Source: Desulfobacterales bacterium
Lineage (GTDB): Bacteria; Desulfobacterota; Desulfobacteria; Desulfobacterales; JAAELO01
DNA: 64,000 nucleotides
Assembly: GCA_024226555.1 (NCBI GenBank)
Contig: JAAELO010000457.1
Coordinates: forward strand, 70,701 to 134,700
Reading direction: 5' to 3'
Shown in pieces: positions 37,659-46,456 of this stretch. Under the pieces are notes generated by a model. That model did no database searches. It saw only the letters and a list, made by a program, of their open reading frames with translations, and was not told where the DNA came from. Numbering within the stretch: the first letter of the stretch is position 1; each line of letters opens with the position of its first letter. The translations under genes and the position numbers were made by a program.

Positions 37659-37678
37659 ATAAAAAGGGGAAGTTTTTA

Positions 37679-38671
37679 ATGTTTAATGAGTACAAGTACC
37701 AGTGTAAGGATGATTCTGTTTTATTAGATCCTTTCAAGAAATTTGTTGTAACACCATTGATGAAGTTTATGCCTTACCGCATTCCGGCAAATACAATTAC
37801 AATAATTTCAAACATGTTTATTTACTACGCCCTTTATCTATCATTTATCCATGATGGTGCTCCAGCTAATTATTTAATTATATCACTTCTGATATTAACA
37901 TATGTTGTTGGGGATCATTTTGATGGGATGCAGGCGAGAAGAACCGGAACCGGCTCACCCCTGGGGGAGTTTTGTGACCACTATCTTGATATTTTTAATA
38001 ACGGAATAGTACTTATAATTGTATTTAATCTGTTTGGAATTACTAATTTATATATAGTGGTATCAGCTTTTTTCATATCCTATCTTTCACATTCATCTAT
38101 AATCTATGAACAGTTTGCTACTAAATGGTTAATTTTTGACAAAATTGGTTCATTAGAGGGGCTTTTCTTAACACTGTGTTTACTGGTTGCAAGTTTTTTT
38201 AAGCCAGTACGGGAATTGCTAACAAGTAATGTTGTTTCAAATCTTACTTTAATTGAAGTTATCCTTCTTGTTACCTATATTCTTGGCATAGGAACTATGT
38301 TTACAGTTTCTAAACGTGTCGGAAGATTCTCACTTAAGTTTGTAATCTATGTGCTTTTTATGGCACTGTTATCAATATATAGTATCAAATTTCTAAGTTT
38401 CAACTACTCAGTACTTTTATTAACTCTTTATAATGCAATTTATATCGGAAATTTAATGAAAGCGCATTTAATTGACAGCAAAGAAAGATATGCTGACATT
38501 GTTGTGCCGGCTCTTATTCTGATTCACTGGGTAATTGGTGGAAATGCAGCTGAATTTTACATCTATGCTGTTTTATATATGATTCTTTATCTTGTTTTTA
38601 TAACAATAACTATATCATATCCACTTAGACAATTCTGGTTCTGGATCAATCCCTCAAAAAAAGAATCTTAA
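37679..38671 (+). CDS. CDP-alcohol phosphotransferase (CPT/EPT-like)
   Basis: DHFDGMQARRTGTGSPLGEFCDHYLD motif, PANTIT, multiple TM segments. Confidence 0.9.
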   Translation: MFNEYKYQCKDDSVLLDPFKKFVVTPLMKFMPYRIPANTITIISNMFIYYALYLSFIHDGAPANYLIISLLILTYVVGDHFDGMQARRTGTGSPLGEFCDHYLDIFNNGIVLIIVFNLFGITNLYIVVSAFFISYLSHSSIIYEQFATKWLIFDKIGSLEGLFLTLCLLVASFFKPVRELLTSNVVSNLTLIEVILLVTYILGIGTMFTVSKRVGRFSLKFVIYVLFMALLSIYSIKFLSFNYSVLLLTLYNAIYIGNLMKAHLIDSKERYADIVVPALILIHWVIGGNAAEFYIYAVLYMILYLVFITITISYPLRQFWFWINPSKKES

Positions 38672-38706
38672 AAAATATATAAAAACATTTCTTTATAGTC
38701 TTAATG

Positions 38707-38741
38707 AAAGAGCTACATTATTTATGTAGCTCTTTTTTTTA
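38707..38741 (+). terminator. Terminator of the phosphonate operon
   Basis: AAGAGCTACAT-TATTT-ATGTAGCTCTT plus long T-tract. Confidence 0.85.
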
Positions 38742-38911
38742 TAACCCTCCATAAGTTTCCTATAGTTTTAATTTCATTTTTAATTTTATCGTTTCAGGCC
38801 TTTGGCAATAAACTTTATGGTTTAGATAACGAAATTGAATAAAAATGTTGTTGATAAGCTCTATTATAGCTTGAGGTTTTGAAGATTATTAAAGATTCCA
38901 AATAAAAAAAC

Positions 38912-38978
38912 TTGACATAATGTTATACCTACACTATCTATGTGTCATAAATACACTATACTGGTGTAATTAAAAAAC
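38912..38978 (+). promoter_or_regulatory. Promoter with tandem NrtR-like operators
   Basis: TTGACA followed by ATGT-N7-ACAC, GTGT-N7-ACAC and a degenerate third copy at ~22-bp spacing. Confidence 0.6.
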
Positions 38979-39016
38979 AGTTTAACTTTTGAGATAGTTA
39001 ATGAAATGGTATTATT

Positions 39017-39490
39017 ATGAAATCGATTAAATACATAAAAGGGGATGCTACAAGTCCACAAACTAAGGGAATTAAAATAATTTGCCATATTTGTAATGAC
39101 CTTGGAGGTTGGGGAAAGGGCTTTGTGCTTGCTATCTCAAAACGCTGGGAAGAACCTGAAAAAGACTACAGAAAATGGCACAGGGAAAGATCAAAAAATG
39201 ATTTTGAATTGGGTAATGTTCGTTTAATAAAAGTAGATAAATATATTTATATTGCAAATATGATCGGACAAAGAGGTATGAAAACAGGTAGTAATGGACC
39301 TCCAATAAGATATGAAGCAGTTCAATCCTGTTTGGAATTTGTAAGTAATAAAGCAATTGAACTAAACGCATCAGTCCATATGCCAAGAATTGGTTGTGGT
39401 TTAGCTGGTGGCAAATGGAACAAAATTGAACCTGTTATTGAAGATACGTTATTAAAGAAAAATGTATCCGTGTATATTTATGATTATTAA
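39017..39490 (+). CDS. Macrodomain protein (ADP-ribose processing)
   Basis: GDAT, HICNDLGGWGKGF, HMPRIGCGLAGGKW. Confidence 0.92.
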   Translation: MKSIKYIKGDATSPQTKGIKIICHICNDLGGWGKGFVLAISKRWEEPEKDYRKWHRERSKNDFELGNVRLIKVDKYIYIANMIGQRGMKTGSNGPPIRYEAVQSCLEFVSNKAIELNASVHMPRIGCGLAGGKWNKIEPVIEDTLLKKNVSVYIYDY

Positions 39491-39510
39491 ATGATACAAA
39501 AAATTAAAAA

Positions 39511-40152
39511 TTGAAAGTTAAGAAAATGAATTTAGAAACAGAAAAATATATAAAACAGAAAACAATCTGGCCGCAGGAAGGACAATGTGTTTTAGCCCAG
39601 TATGATGAAAAAACGATAATTGTATATCAGGCTTATAGGCCATCTATTGGTAATGCAGCAGTAAAAAATCAAAGTTTTGGAGAGGGTGGATTTAGTTTCT
39701 CAAGAATGAGTTGGATTAAAACCAATTTTCTTTGGATGATGTATAGATCAGGTTGGGGGACAAAAGATGGTCAGGAAGTAATTCTTGCCATTCGTTTGAA
39801 AAGAGATTTTTTTGATGAGATTCTCTTAAATGCCTTCCCTTCATCAAATAAAAACAGGTTGGCAAAAGATGAATGGGATAAAATAATCTCAGGTTCCGAT
39901 GTAAGGCTACAATGGGACCCGGATCATGCTCCAAATGGAGACAAAGAAGAAAGAAGAGCAGTTCAGTTAGGTTTAAGAAACGGTTTTCTTAAACCCTTTG
40001 AAGGGGATGGAATTTTAGAAATAACAGATATCTCAGAATTTGTTAATGGACAGAGAAAAATTTTGGAAGAAGGGTTATTGGAAGAATTGATTACTCCGAA
40101 AGAAAGAGTTTACCCAGTAAGTACAGAACAAATGAAAGCTCTTAGAATGTAA
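39511..40152 (+). CDS. DUF4291 family protein
   Basis: AQYD...VYQAY, RMSWIKTNFLWMMYRSGWG.K.GQE, VRLQWDPDH, RAVQLGLR. Start may be ATG 39526. Confidence 0.88.
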   Translation: MKVKKMNLETEKYIKQKTIWPQEGQCVLAQYDEKTIIVYQAYRPSIGNAAVKNQSFGEGGFSFSRMSWIKTNFLWMMYRSGWGTKDGQEVILAIRLKRDFFDEILLNAFPSSNKNRLAKDEWDKIISGSDVRLQWDPDHAPNGDKEERRAVQLGLRNGFLKPFEGDGILEITDISEFVNGQRKILEEGLLEELITPKERVYPVSTEQMKALRM

Positions 40153-40174
40153 AGATAATGAGGAATAAAAAAAA

Positions 40175-40714
40175 ATGCAATCAACAAGAAAAATATCAAA
40201 ATATTTTAGCTATATACTAAGACACCATCCTGAAGCGATAGGTATAACTTTAGATGACGAAGGATGGGCACAAATTGATGAACTTATTGAAAAAACAAAA
40301 AAATTCAAACTAACTATGGAGATGATTCAAACCGTAGTTGATACGAACGATAAGAAAAGGTTTACACTAAGTTCAGATAAGAGAAGAATAAAAGCAAATC
40401 AGGGGCATTCAATTGAAGTTGACCTTGCCCTTGAACCAATAGATCCACCGGATTTTCTGCTCCATGGAACAGCTCAAAAATCTATTGAATCTATTATGGA
40501 TAAAGGAATTTTAAAAGGACAAAGACATCATGTCCATTTATCAGAAACTAAAGAAACTGCTTTTGCAGTTGGCCAAAGATATGGAAAACCTGTTCTTTTA
40601 AAAATTGATTCTAATAAAATGGCAGGTGATGGTTTTAAATTCTACAAATCTTTAAATGGAGTCTGGTTGGTAGAGGGGGTTCCACCACGCTATATTGAGA
40701 TTATAACGAACTAA
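40175..40714 (+). CDS. kptA: RNA 2'-phosphotransferase (KptA/Tpt1)
   Basis: SYILRH.P, DKKRF, IKANQGHS, LHGT, RHHVHLS, NGVWL. Confidence 0.95.
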   Translation: MQSTRKISKYFSYILRHHPEAIGITLDDEGWAQIDELIEKTKKFKLTMEMIQTVVDTNDKKRFTLSSDKRRIKANQGHSIEVDLALEPIDPPDFLLHGTAQKSIESIMDKGILKGQRHHVHLSETKETAFAVGQRYGKPVLLKIDSNKMAGDGFKFYKSLNGVWLVEGVPPRYIEIITN

Positions 40715-40727
40715 GAAGAGAACTACT

Positions 40728-40758
40728 AATCTCCTTTTCATTCATTGAAAGGGAGATT
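40728..40758. terminator. Hairpin after kptA
   Basis: AATCTCCTTTT...AAAGGGAGATT. Confidence 0.55.
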
Positions 40759-41015
40759 CATAAATACTTAACTATTAATTGATGGCCATTTTTTGTTCTT
40801 TATATAATAAATTGATTTTGAATCAAAATGAATATTATAAAGAGAAATTATGAGAACTTTTATTGTTAAACAGTTTCTATCCACAAAAAGTTTTGCGTTC
40901 AATATTACTGGGGACAATAGTCTCCTTAGTTTACAAGGTTTTTTTTCTTATGCAGATATTTTAGAAAACTGAAAACTCATGGTTTTTATTTTACTTAAAT
41001 TCAAATTGTTTGAGT

Positions 41016-41471
41016 TTACCTATTTATTTTGTGAATCATTGCTGTTTCATCGCAATCAGGAAATTTTACACAAGTTATACAATCCTGCCATATCTTCAAC
41101 GGAAGCTCTGACTTATCAACAATAGTGAAATTAAACTGCTTAAAAAAATCTGGTTGATATGTAAGAGTAAAAAGGTCTGATATATCATATTTTTTTGCTT
41201 CTTCAATTAGAGCATCTACAATGATTGAACCTATTCCCTCGTTATGAAATTTACGCAAAACTGCAAGTGATCTTATTTCAGCAAGATTCTTCCAACAAAA
41301 TTGTAGAGCGCCAAATCCTGCAACTTCTCCATCTATTTCATATATGGTAAAATCCCTGATATGATCATAAAGTTGACTTAATGGTCTTGGAACCATTAGG
41401 TCATCATTACCAAAACCTGTTAATGTTTTATGTATTATTTTTATGTCACTCATGCATGCTTTTCTTATCAT
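41016..41471 (-). CDS. GNAT N-acetyltransferase (short ArgA-type N-acetylglutamate synthase-like)
   Basis: LAEIRSLAV, LFTLTY, LPLKIWQDC..C.KFP.CDE.A. Confidence 0.88.
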   Translation of the reverse strand: MIRKACMSDIKIIHKTLTGFGNDDLMVPRPLSQLYDHIRDFTIYEIDGEVAGFGALQFCWKNLAEIRSLAVLRKFHNEGIGSIIVDALIEEAKKYDISDLFTLTYQPDFFKQFNFTIVDKSELPLKIWQDCITCVKFPDCDETAMIHKINR

Positions 41472-41502
41472 TTTTTTTACCTTTTCAAAATAATCATATT
41501 AA

Positions 41503-41556
41503 GGGAATCTCTAATAACTGTAGTTACAATCAAAATATTTGTTATTTGAGGTTCCT
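41503..41556. mobile_element. Internally deleted MITE
   Basis: GGGAATCTCTAATAAC...GTTATTTGAGGTTCCT, only ~54 bp. Confidence 0.6.
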
Positions 41557-41646
41557 TTGAATTGGTGATAATATGGATTTTTTTAATAAAATGCAACCTC
41601 TATAATATGATAGGGAATCTTTAATTCTTTTAATCGAACTACATAA

Positions 41647-41774
41647 GGGAAGCTCTAATAACCTCTCTTTTGGCGAAATACATTGTTATTTCAAAAAAAA
41701 CTGTAATAAAATCGGCTCGTTATTTTTTTAAATGCCTTGTATTTCATCTAAAATTCTAATTATTAGAGGTTACC
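41647..41774. mobile_element. MITE copy
   Basis: Near-identical to 31639-31767 and to the reverse of 63329-63457. Confidence 0.88.
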
Positions 41775-41783
41775 TATAGGTAT

Positions 41784-43724
41784 TTATAGTGATGGCTCTT
41801 TACCTTTTTTAAATAAAGCTGAAACAGATCTCTCACTTTCATCTCTTTTCCCTGTATCAGGATCAATATGAACATTTTTTGTGTTATCAGGAATATCAAA
41901 ATAGTTAATAGATTGGTTTTCAAATGTTTTGTTCATATAATCTATCCAAATTGGCAAAGCTGCTCTGGCACCTGTTTCACCTTTTCCAAGTGTAGTGTTG
42001 TTATCATTACCAACCCAGACACCAACAGTAGTTTCTGGTGAAAAACCTACAAATAATGCATCTATATAATTATCTGTGGTACCTGTTTTTCCTGCAACAG
42101 GCCTGCTTAAAAAACTGGCTTTTTTTGCTGTCCCCTCTTTAACAACCCCTTCAAGCATATTGCTTATAATTGCTGCACCAGATCTTGACATAACAATCTC
42201 TTTTATTACTCTTTTTCGGAAGATAATTTTACCGTTTTTATCAATAACCTTTTCTATAGGAAATGGGGTATTTTTCTGACCCATATTTGAAAAAACAGAA
42301 TATGTTGAAGTGAGGTTTATAAGAGTAACTTCAGATGTTCCAAGTGCAAGAGAAAGGTTTTGCCTCAATGTATTTTTAATACCAAGTTTGTTACCGAAAG
42401 CTGATACAGAATTTGTCCCCAATTTATCGATTAATCGTATAGCTGGAATATTTTTTGATAGAGCAAGCGCTTTTCTCATTGTTATTTCACCAAGAAAAGT
42501 TTTAGAAAAGTTTTCAGGCCTCCATATTTTTGATCCGGTTTTAAAAACTATTGGAGAATCAAGTAGTATATTATTTTGAGAAAATCCCTGCTCAATAGCA
42601 TAAGCATATACTATTGGTTTAAATGCTGATCCAGGTTGTCTCTTAGCTATAGTTGCTCTGTTAAAAGCACTTTTCATATAGTTTAGACCACCAATCATAG
42701 ATATAATCGCTCCATTTTTATTGTTAAGAGCTATAAGTGCACATTCAGGATCTGGCTTTGATATACCATTTCTTTTCATCCTGATTTTTAATCTCTTCAT
42801 ATGCTTTAGTGCAGAATTTTCAGCTTCCTTTTGAAAACCCATATTTATGGTTGTGTAAATGGATAAACCACCTTTGTATAGTATAGATGGACCTAATTCT
42901 TTTTCCATTTTATTTCGAATAAACTCTACAAAATGTTGAGCAATTTGCTTTTTATTAGTTTCACTTAGTTTAAGTTTAGTTTTTATAGCTTTATCATAGG
43001 TAACTCTATTAATTTTATTGGTTTTCAGTAGTACTTTTAAAACAATATTTCTTCTTTTTACAGCCAGTTTTAAATTATTTAAAGGAGAATATCTTGATGG
43101 AGATCGTGGTAGAGCTGCAAGCATTGCACTTTCAGATAGATCACAATCAGTTACAGTTTTACCAAAATATGTTTTTGATGCTGAGTCTACACCATAGGCA
43201 CCACTACCTAAATAGATCTGGTTCAGATAGAGAGCAAGAATTTCATCTTTTGTGTATCTTCTCTCAATTTGTAGAGCTACAATAGCTTCTTTTATTTTTC
43301 TAACAATTGTTTTTTTTGATGTAAAAAAAAGGGTTTTTGCAAGTTGTTGGGTTATAGTACTCGCTCCTTCAACAAATTCTCCAGCAATAATATCTTTAAC
43401 AATAGCTCTAAATATTCCTTTGATGTCCACACCGATATGACTATAGAAGTTTCTGTCTTCTGTCATTACTATTGCATTTTTAAGGTGAGCAGGTATATCT
43501 GTAATACTAACCTGTCTCCTTCTTTCAATATAAAATTCAGTTAACAATTGGTTGTCTGATGTGTAGACTTTGGTTACTTCAGAGGGTTTAAATGAATTTA
43601 ATTCTCTAATTTCAGGTAAATCACTTGTGAATGTATAAAAAAAACCAGTGAGAATGCCACTGAATGGCGCTGCCATGAAAACTATAAATATAAGTATTTT
43701 ATGATTTTTTAAAAAATTAATCAC
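41784..43724 (-). CDS. Class A penicillin-binding protein (PBP1A family)
   Basis: EDRNF..H.G, GASTITQQ, RKIKE, SAFK, SKN, KTGT. Confidence 0.95.
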   Translation of the reverse strand: MINFLKNHKILIFIVFMAAPFSGILTGFFYTFTSDLPEIRELNSFKPSEVTKVYTSDNQLLTEFYIERRRQVSITDIPAHLKNAIVMTEDRNFYSHIGVDIKGIFRAIVKDIIAGEFVEGASTITQQLAKTLFFTSKKTIVRKIKEAIVALQIERRYTKDEILALYLNQIYLGSGAYGVDSASKTYFGKTVTDCDLSESAMLAALPRSPSRYSPLNNLKLAVKRRNIVLKVLLKTNKINRVTYDKAIKTKLKLSETNKKQIAQHFVEFIRNKMEKELGPSILYKGGLSIYTTINMGFQKEAENSALKHMKRLKIRMKRNGISKPDPECALIALNNKNGAIISMIGGLNYMKSAFNRATIAKRQPGSAFKPIVYAYAIEQGFSQNNILLDSPIVFKTGSKIWRPENFSKTFLGEITMRKALALSKNIPAIRLIDKLGTNSVSAFGNKLGIKNTLRQNLSLALGTSEVTLINLTSTYSVFSNMGQKNTPFPIEKVIDKNGKIIFRKRVIKEIVMSRSGAAIISNMLEGVVKEGTAKKASFLSRPVAGKTGTTDNYIDALFVGFSPETTVGVWVGNDNNTTLGKGETGARAALPIWIDYMNKTFENQSINYFDIPDNTKNVHIDPDTGKRDESERSVSALFKKGKEPSL

Positions 43725-43934
43725 GAATCTTAAATAAAAATGCTAAGCATTTTTATACCTCTCATAATATTAAACTATTAAATCATTATTATCAGACAAC
43801 ATAAGCTTGAGTCAACTCAGGAATGTTTTAGTAATACAAAAGCAGCATAGTTGAACTTAGAATTTAAGGATCTAAAATGTTCCTTAGGTATGATATCAAG
43901 ATAAGTTTTTTGACTTGTCTGCTTTTAAGGATAG

Positions 43935-44777
43935 TTATGATTTAAGTTGATAAAAAATTGATTTTAAATATTTCTTTGGTTCAAACAGATCTGTATCATT
44001 AACAAGCGATTCTGTGGACCCAATTATAAGGTAACCATTTGGATCAAGGCATCCTGCGATTTTTTTATAGAGTTCCTTACGAAAATCAGGAGTGAAATAG
44101 ATAGCTACATTTCTGCAAAAAATAATATCAAATTTTCCAAGCCCTGAAAAAGGTTCCATAAGATTCATCTTTCGAAACATTGCCATTGACCTTATTTCAT
44201 CTTTAATACGCCAGTGGTCTCCATCAGGGTTAAAATATTTTTTTAATTTATTTTCAGGCAATCCCCGGGCAACTTCAAATTTATTGTATTTACCATAACT
44301 GGCTTGGGCTATGGCAGCATCAGAAATATCAGTTCCTAAAAGCTGTATATTATACTTTTTTGGATCAAGGAAAAGCTCCTTAAAAGTCATAGCAATGCTA
44401 TAAATTTCCTGACCTGTAGAGTTAGCAGCACTCCAATGTCTAATTCTAATAGGACTGTTAACATTTAAATTGCTGGCTTTACTTTTTTGGTCAATAATAT
44501 CAGGTATAACTTTGTGTTGTAGTAATTCAAAAGGACTTGAATCCCTAAAAAAGTAGGTTTCGTTTGTTGAAATAGCATCAACAATTCTTTTCTCAATAGA
44601 ATTATCCTTTATAGAAGCCTGTAAAAGCTCATTATAATTTTTACACTGCTTCTCTTCCATCAGTGGATTCAATCTCGTTTCAATAAGGTACTCTTTACCT
44701 TTGTCTAGAGATATCCCTGAAATCTTTAGAATATACTTAGAGAAATTTTGAAATTCTGGAGGAGTAATATTTATCAT
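43935..44777 (-). CDS. cheR: Chemotaxis methyltransferase CheR
   Basis: STNETYFFRD, WSAANSTGQEIYS, DIIFCRNV. Confidence 0.96.
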   Translation of the reverse strand: MINITPPEFQNFSKYILKISGISLDKGKEYLIETRLNPLMEEKQCKNYNELLQASIKDNSIEKRIVDAISTNETYFFRDSSPFELLQHKVIPDIIDQKSKASNLNVNSPIRIRHWSAANSTGQEIYSIAMTFKELFLDPKKYNIQLLGTDISDAAIAQASYGKYNKFEVARGLPENKLKKYFNPDGDHWRIKDEIRSMAMFRKMNLMEPFSGLGKFDIIFCRNVAIYFTPDFRKELYKKIAGCLDPNGYLIIGSTESLVNDTDLFEPKKYLKSIFYQLKS

Positions 44778-44782
44778 ACTTT

Positions 44783-45928
44783 TTACTTTTTAACAGTTTT
44801 AGTTATTTCAAATGCAATCTTATCCAGTGGGGCTACAATATCAGCAATTTTCGATTCTATAGGCTCTTTTGGCATTCCAAAAACGGTACATGTAAATTCA
44901 TCCTGGGCTATAACCACACCTCCGTTTTCTTTTATATTTGTTAAGCCTTTAGTACCATCTGAACCCATTCCAGTCATTATAACTCCAGTTGTTCTTCCAA
45001 CATAATGTGAAGCTACTGACCTGAAAAGATAATCTACTGATGGCTTACAACTGTTTTCAGGGGGATCATCTGTTATTTTTACTCTTCTTGTTAATCCATC
45101 AGAACCAGCAACAATTTTCATTTGTTTGCCACCGGGAGCTATAAGGGCGACATTCGGTTCAACAATATCACCATCTGAAGCTTCTTTAACCGAAATAGAG
45201 CACTTTGTATCTAAGCTCTTTGCCAGAGATTGAGTAAAAATTGGAGGCATGTGTTGGACTATTAAAATCGGTACACCAATATCAGCTGGAATTTCAGGCA
45301 TCATTTTGGCAAGAGCATTGGGCCCTCCTGTTGAAATTCCAATTGTTATAATTTCTGATTTTTGAGATGCAGATCTTCTACCTAACTTTTTCATCCTATT
45401 GATGATATCGTTGGTTTGTGATTTTAAAATCGAAGGTTTTTTCTTTACTAAAGGTCTTTTAGGTGCTTTTTTGCCACCTTTTAAAATGGATTGAATTTCA
45501 AACTTTCTTTTAAGAACTTTTACTATAGGAACGAGAGCTTCATGGATCTTCTCAGTGTTCTCTTTCATCGTTCCTTCAAGAGGCTTAGGGATAAAATCAA
45601 AAGCACCTAATTCAAGTGCTTTTATTGTCATCTCTCCACCTTCTCTTGTAAGAGTACTAACCATGATAGTTTTAATATCAGGATACTCAGAATTCAATCT
45701 TTCTAATACATCAAGCCCATTCATTTCGGGCATCTCAATATCAAGTGTAATAATATCAGGATTTAGGGTCTTGATTTTTGACATGGCAATTTTGCCATTG
45801 TTTGCGGTACCAACCACATCAACGCCAGGAATAGTGGATAGTACATCACCGACTATTTTCCGATACACAATAGTATCATCTACAACTAATGCTTTTAATG
45901 GTTCCAAAGCAATTCTCCGATTTATCAA
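44783..45928 (-). CDS. cheB: Chemotaxis methylesterase CheB
   Basis: REC domain plus GISTGGP, VQHMP, PSVD, MTGMGSDG. Confidence 0.96.
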   Translation of the reverse strand: MINRRIALEPLKALVVDDTIVYRKIVGDVLSTIPGVDVVGTANNGKIAMSKIKTLNPDIITLDIEMPEMNGLDVLERLNSEYPDIKTIMVSTLTREGGEMTIKALELGAFDFIPKPLEGTMKENTEKIHEALVPIVKVLKRKFEIQSILKGGKKAPKRPLVKKKPSILKSQTNDIINRMKKLGRRSASQKSEIITIGISTGGPNALAKMMPEIPADIGVPILIVQHMPPIFTQSLAKSLDTKCSISVKEASDGDIVEPNVALIAPGGKQMKIVAGSDGLTRRVKITDDPPENSCKPSVDYLFRSVASHYVGRTTGVIMTGMGSDGTKGLTNIKENGGVVIAQDEFTCTVFGMPKEPIESKIADIVAPLDKIAFEITKTVKK

Positions 45929-45992
45929 GAAGGCTATTAGTTAGAATAGACAAATTACATTTAAAACTGAAATTTGTTATAAATTTTTATCT

Positions 45993-46436
45993 TTAATCAT
46001 TTAGTACTTCATCAATATTTAAAATACCAATCAGGCTGTTATCAGTTTTATAAACACCTTTAAAAAACTTACCCTGAATGTTACCAATATTTGCCGGGGC
46101 AGGCTCAATTTGTGAAGATTTGGCAATTAACACGTCACTGATTCTATCAACCAAAAGACCAATTTGCTCATCCTTTGAATCGACAATAATATTTCTATTA
46201 TCTTTACTCATCTCAATTGAAGAAAGTCCAAGTTTTTTACCAAGGTCAACAACAGTAACAATCCTTCCTCTTAGATTGAGAACTCCTGTTACAAAATCTG
46301 ATGATTGAGGTACAACAGTAACCTCAATTTGTTTATTTATTTCCTGAATATTTAATATATCTATTCCACAAAGTGCTTCACCAACATAAAAAGTTGCAAG
46401 TTCGACATTTGTACTAACTATATTATCAGATGCCAT
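45993..46436 (-). CDS. cheW: CheW
   Basis: VPQS..FV.GVLNLRGRIVTVVDL, GLLVD. Confidence 0.95.
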   Translation of the reverse strand: MASDNIVSTNVELATFYVGEALCGIDILNIQEINKQIEVTVVPQSSDFVTGVLNLRGRIVTVVDLGKKLGLSSIEMSKDNRNIIVDSKDEQIGLLVDRISDVLIAKSSQIEPAPANIGNIQGKFFKGVYKTDNSLIGILNIDEVLND

Positions 46437-46456
46437 GTTTACTCCATTTCAGAAAA

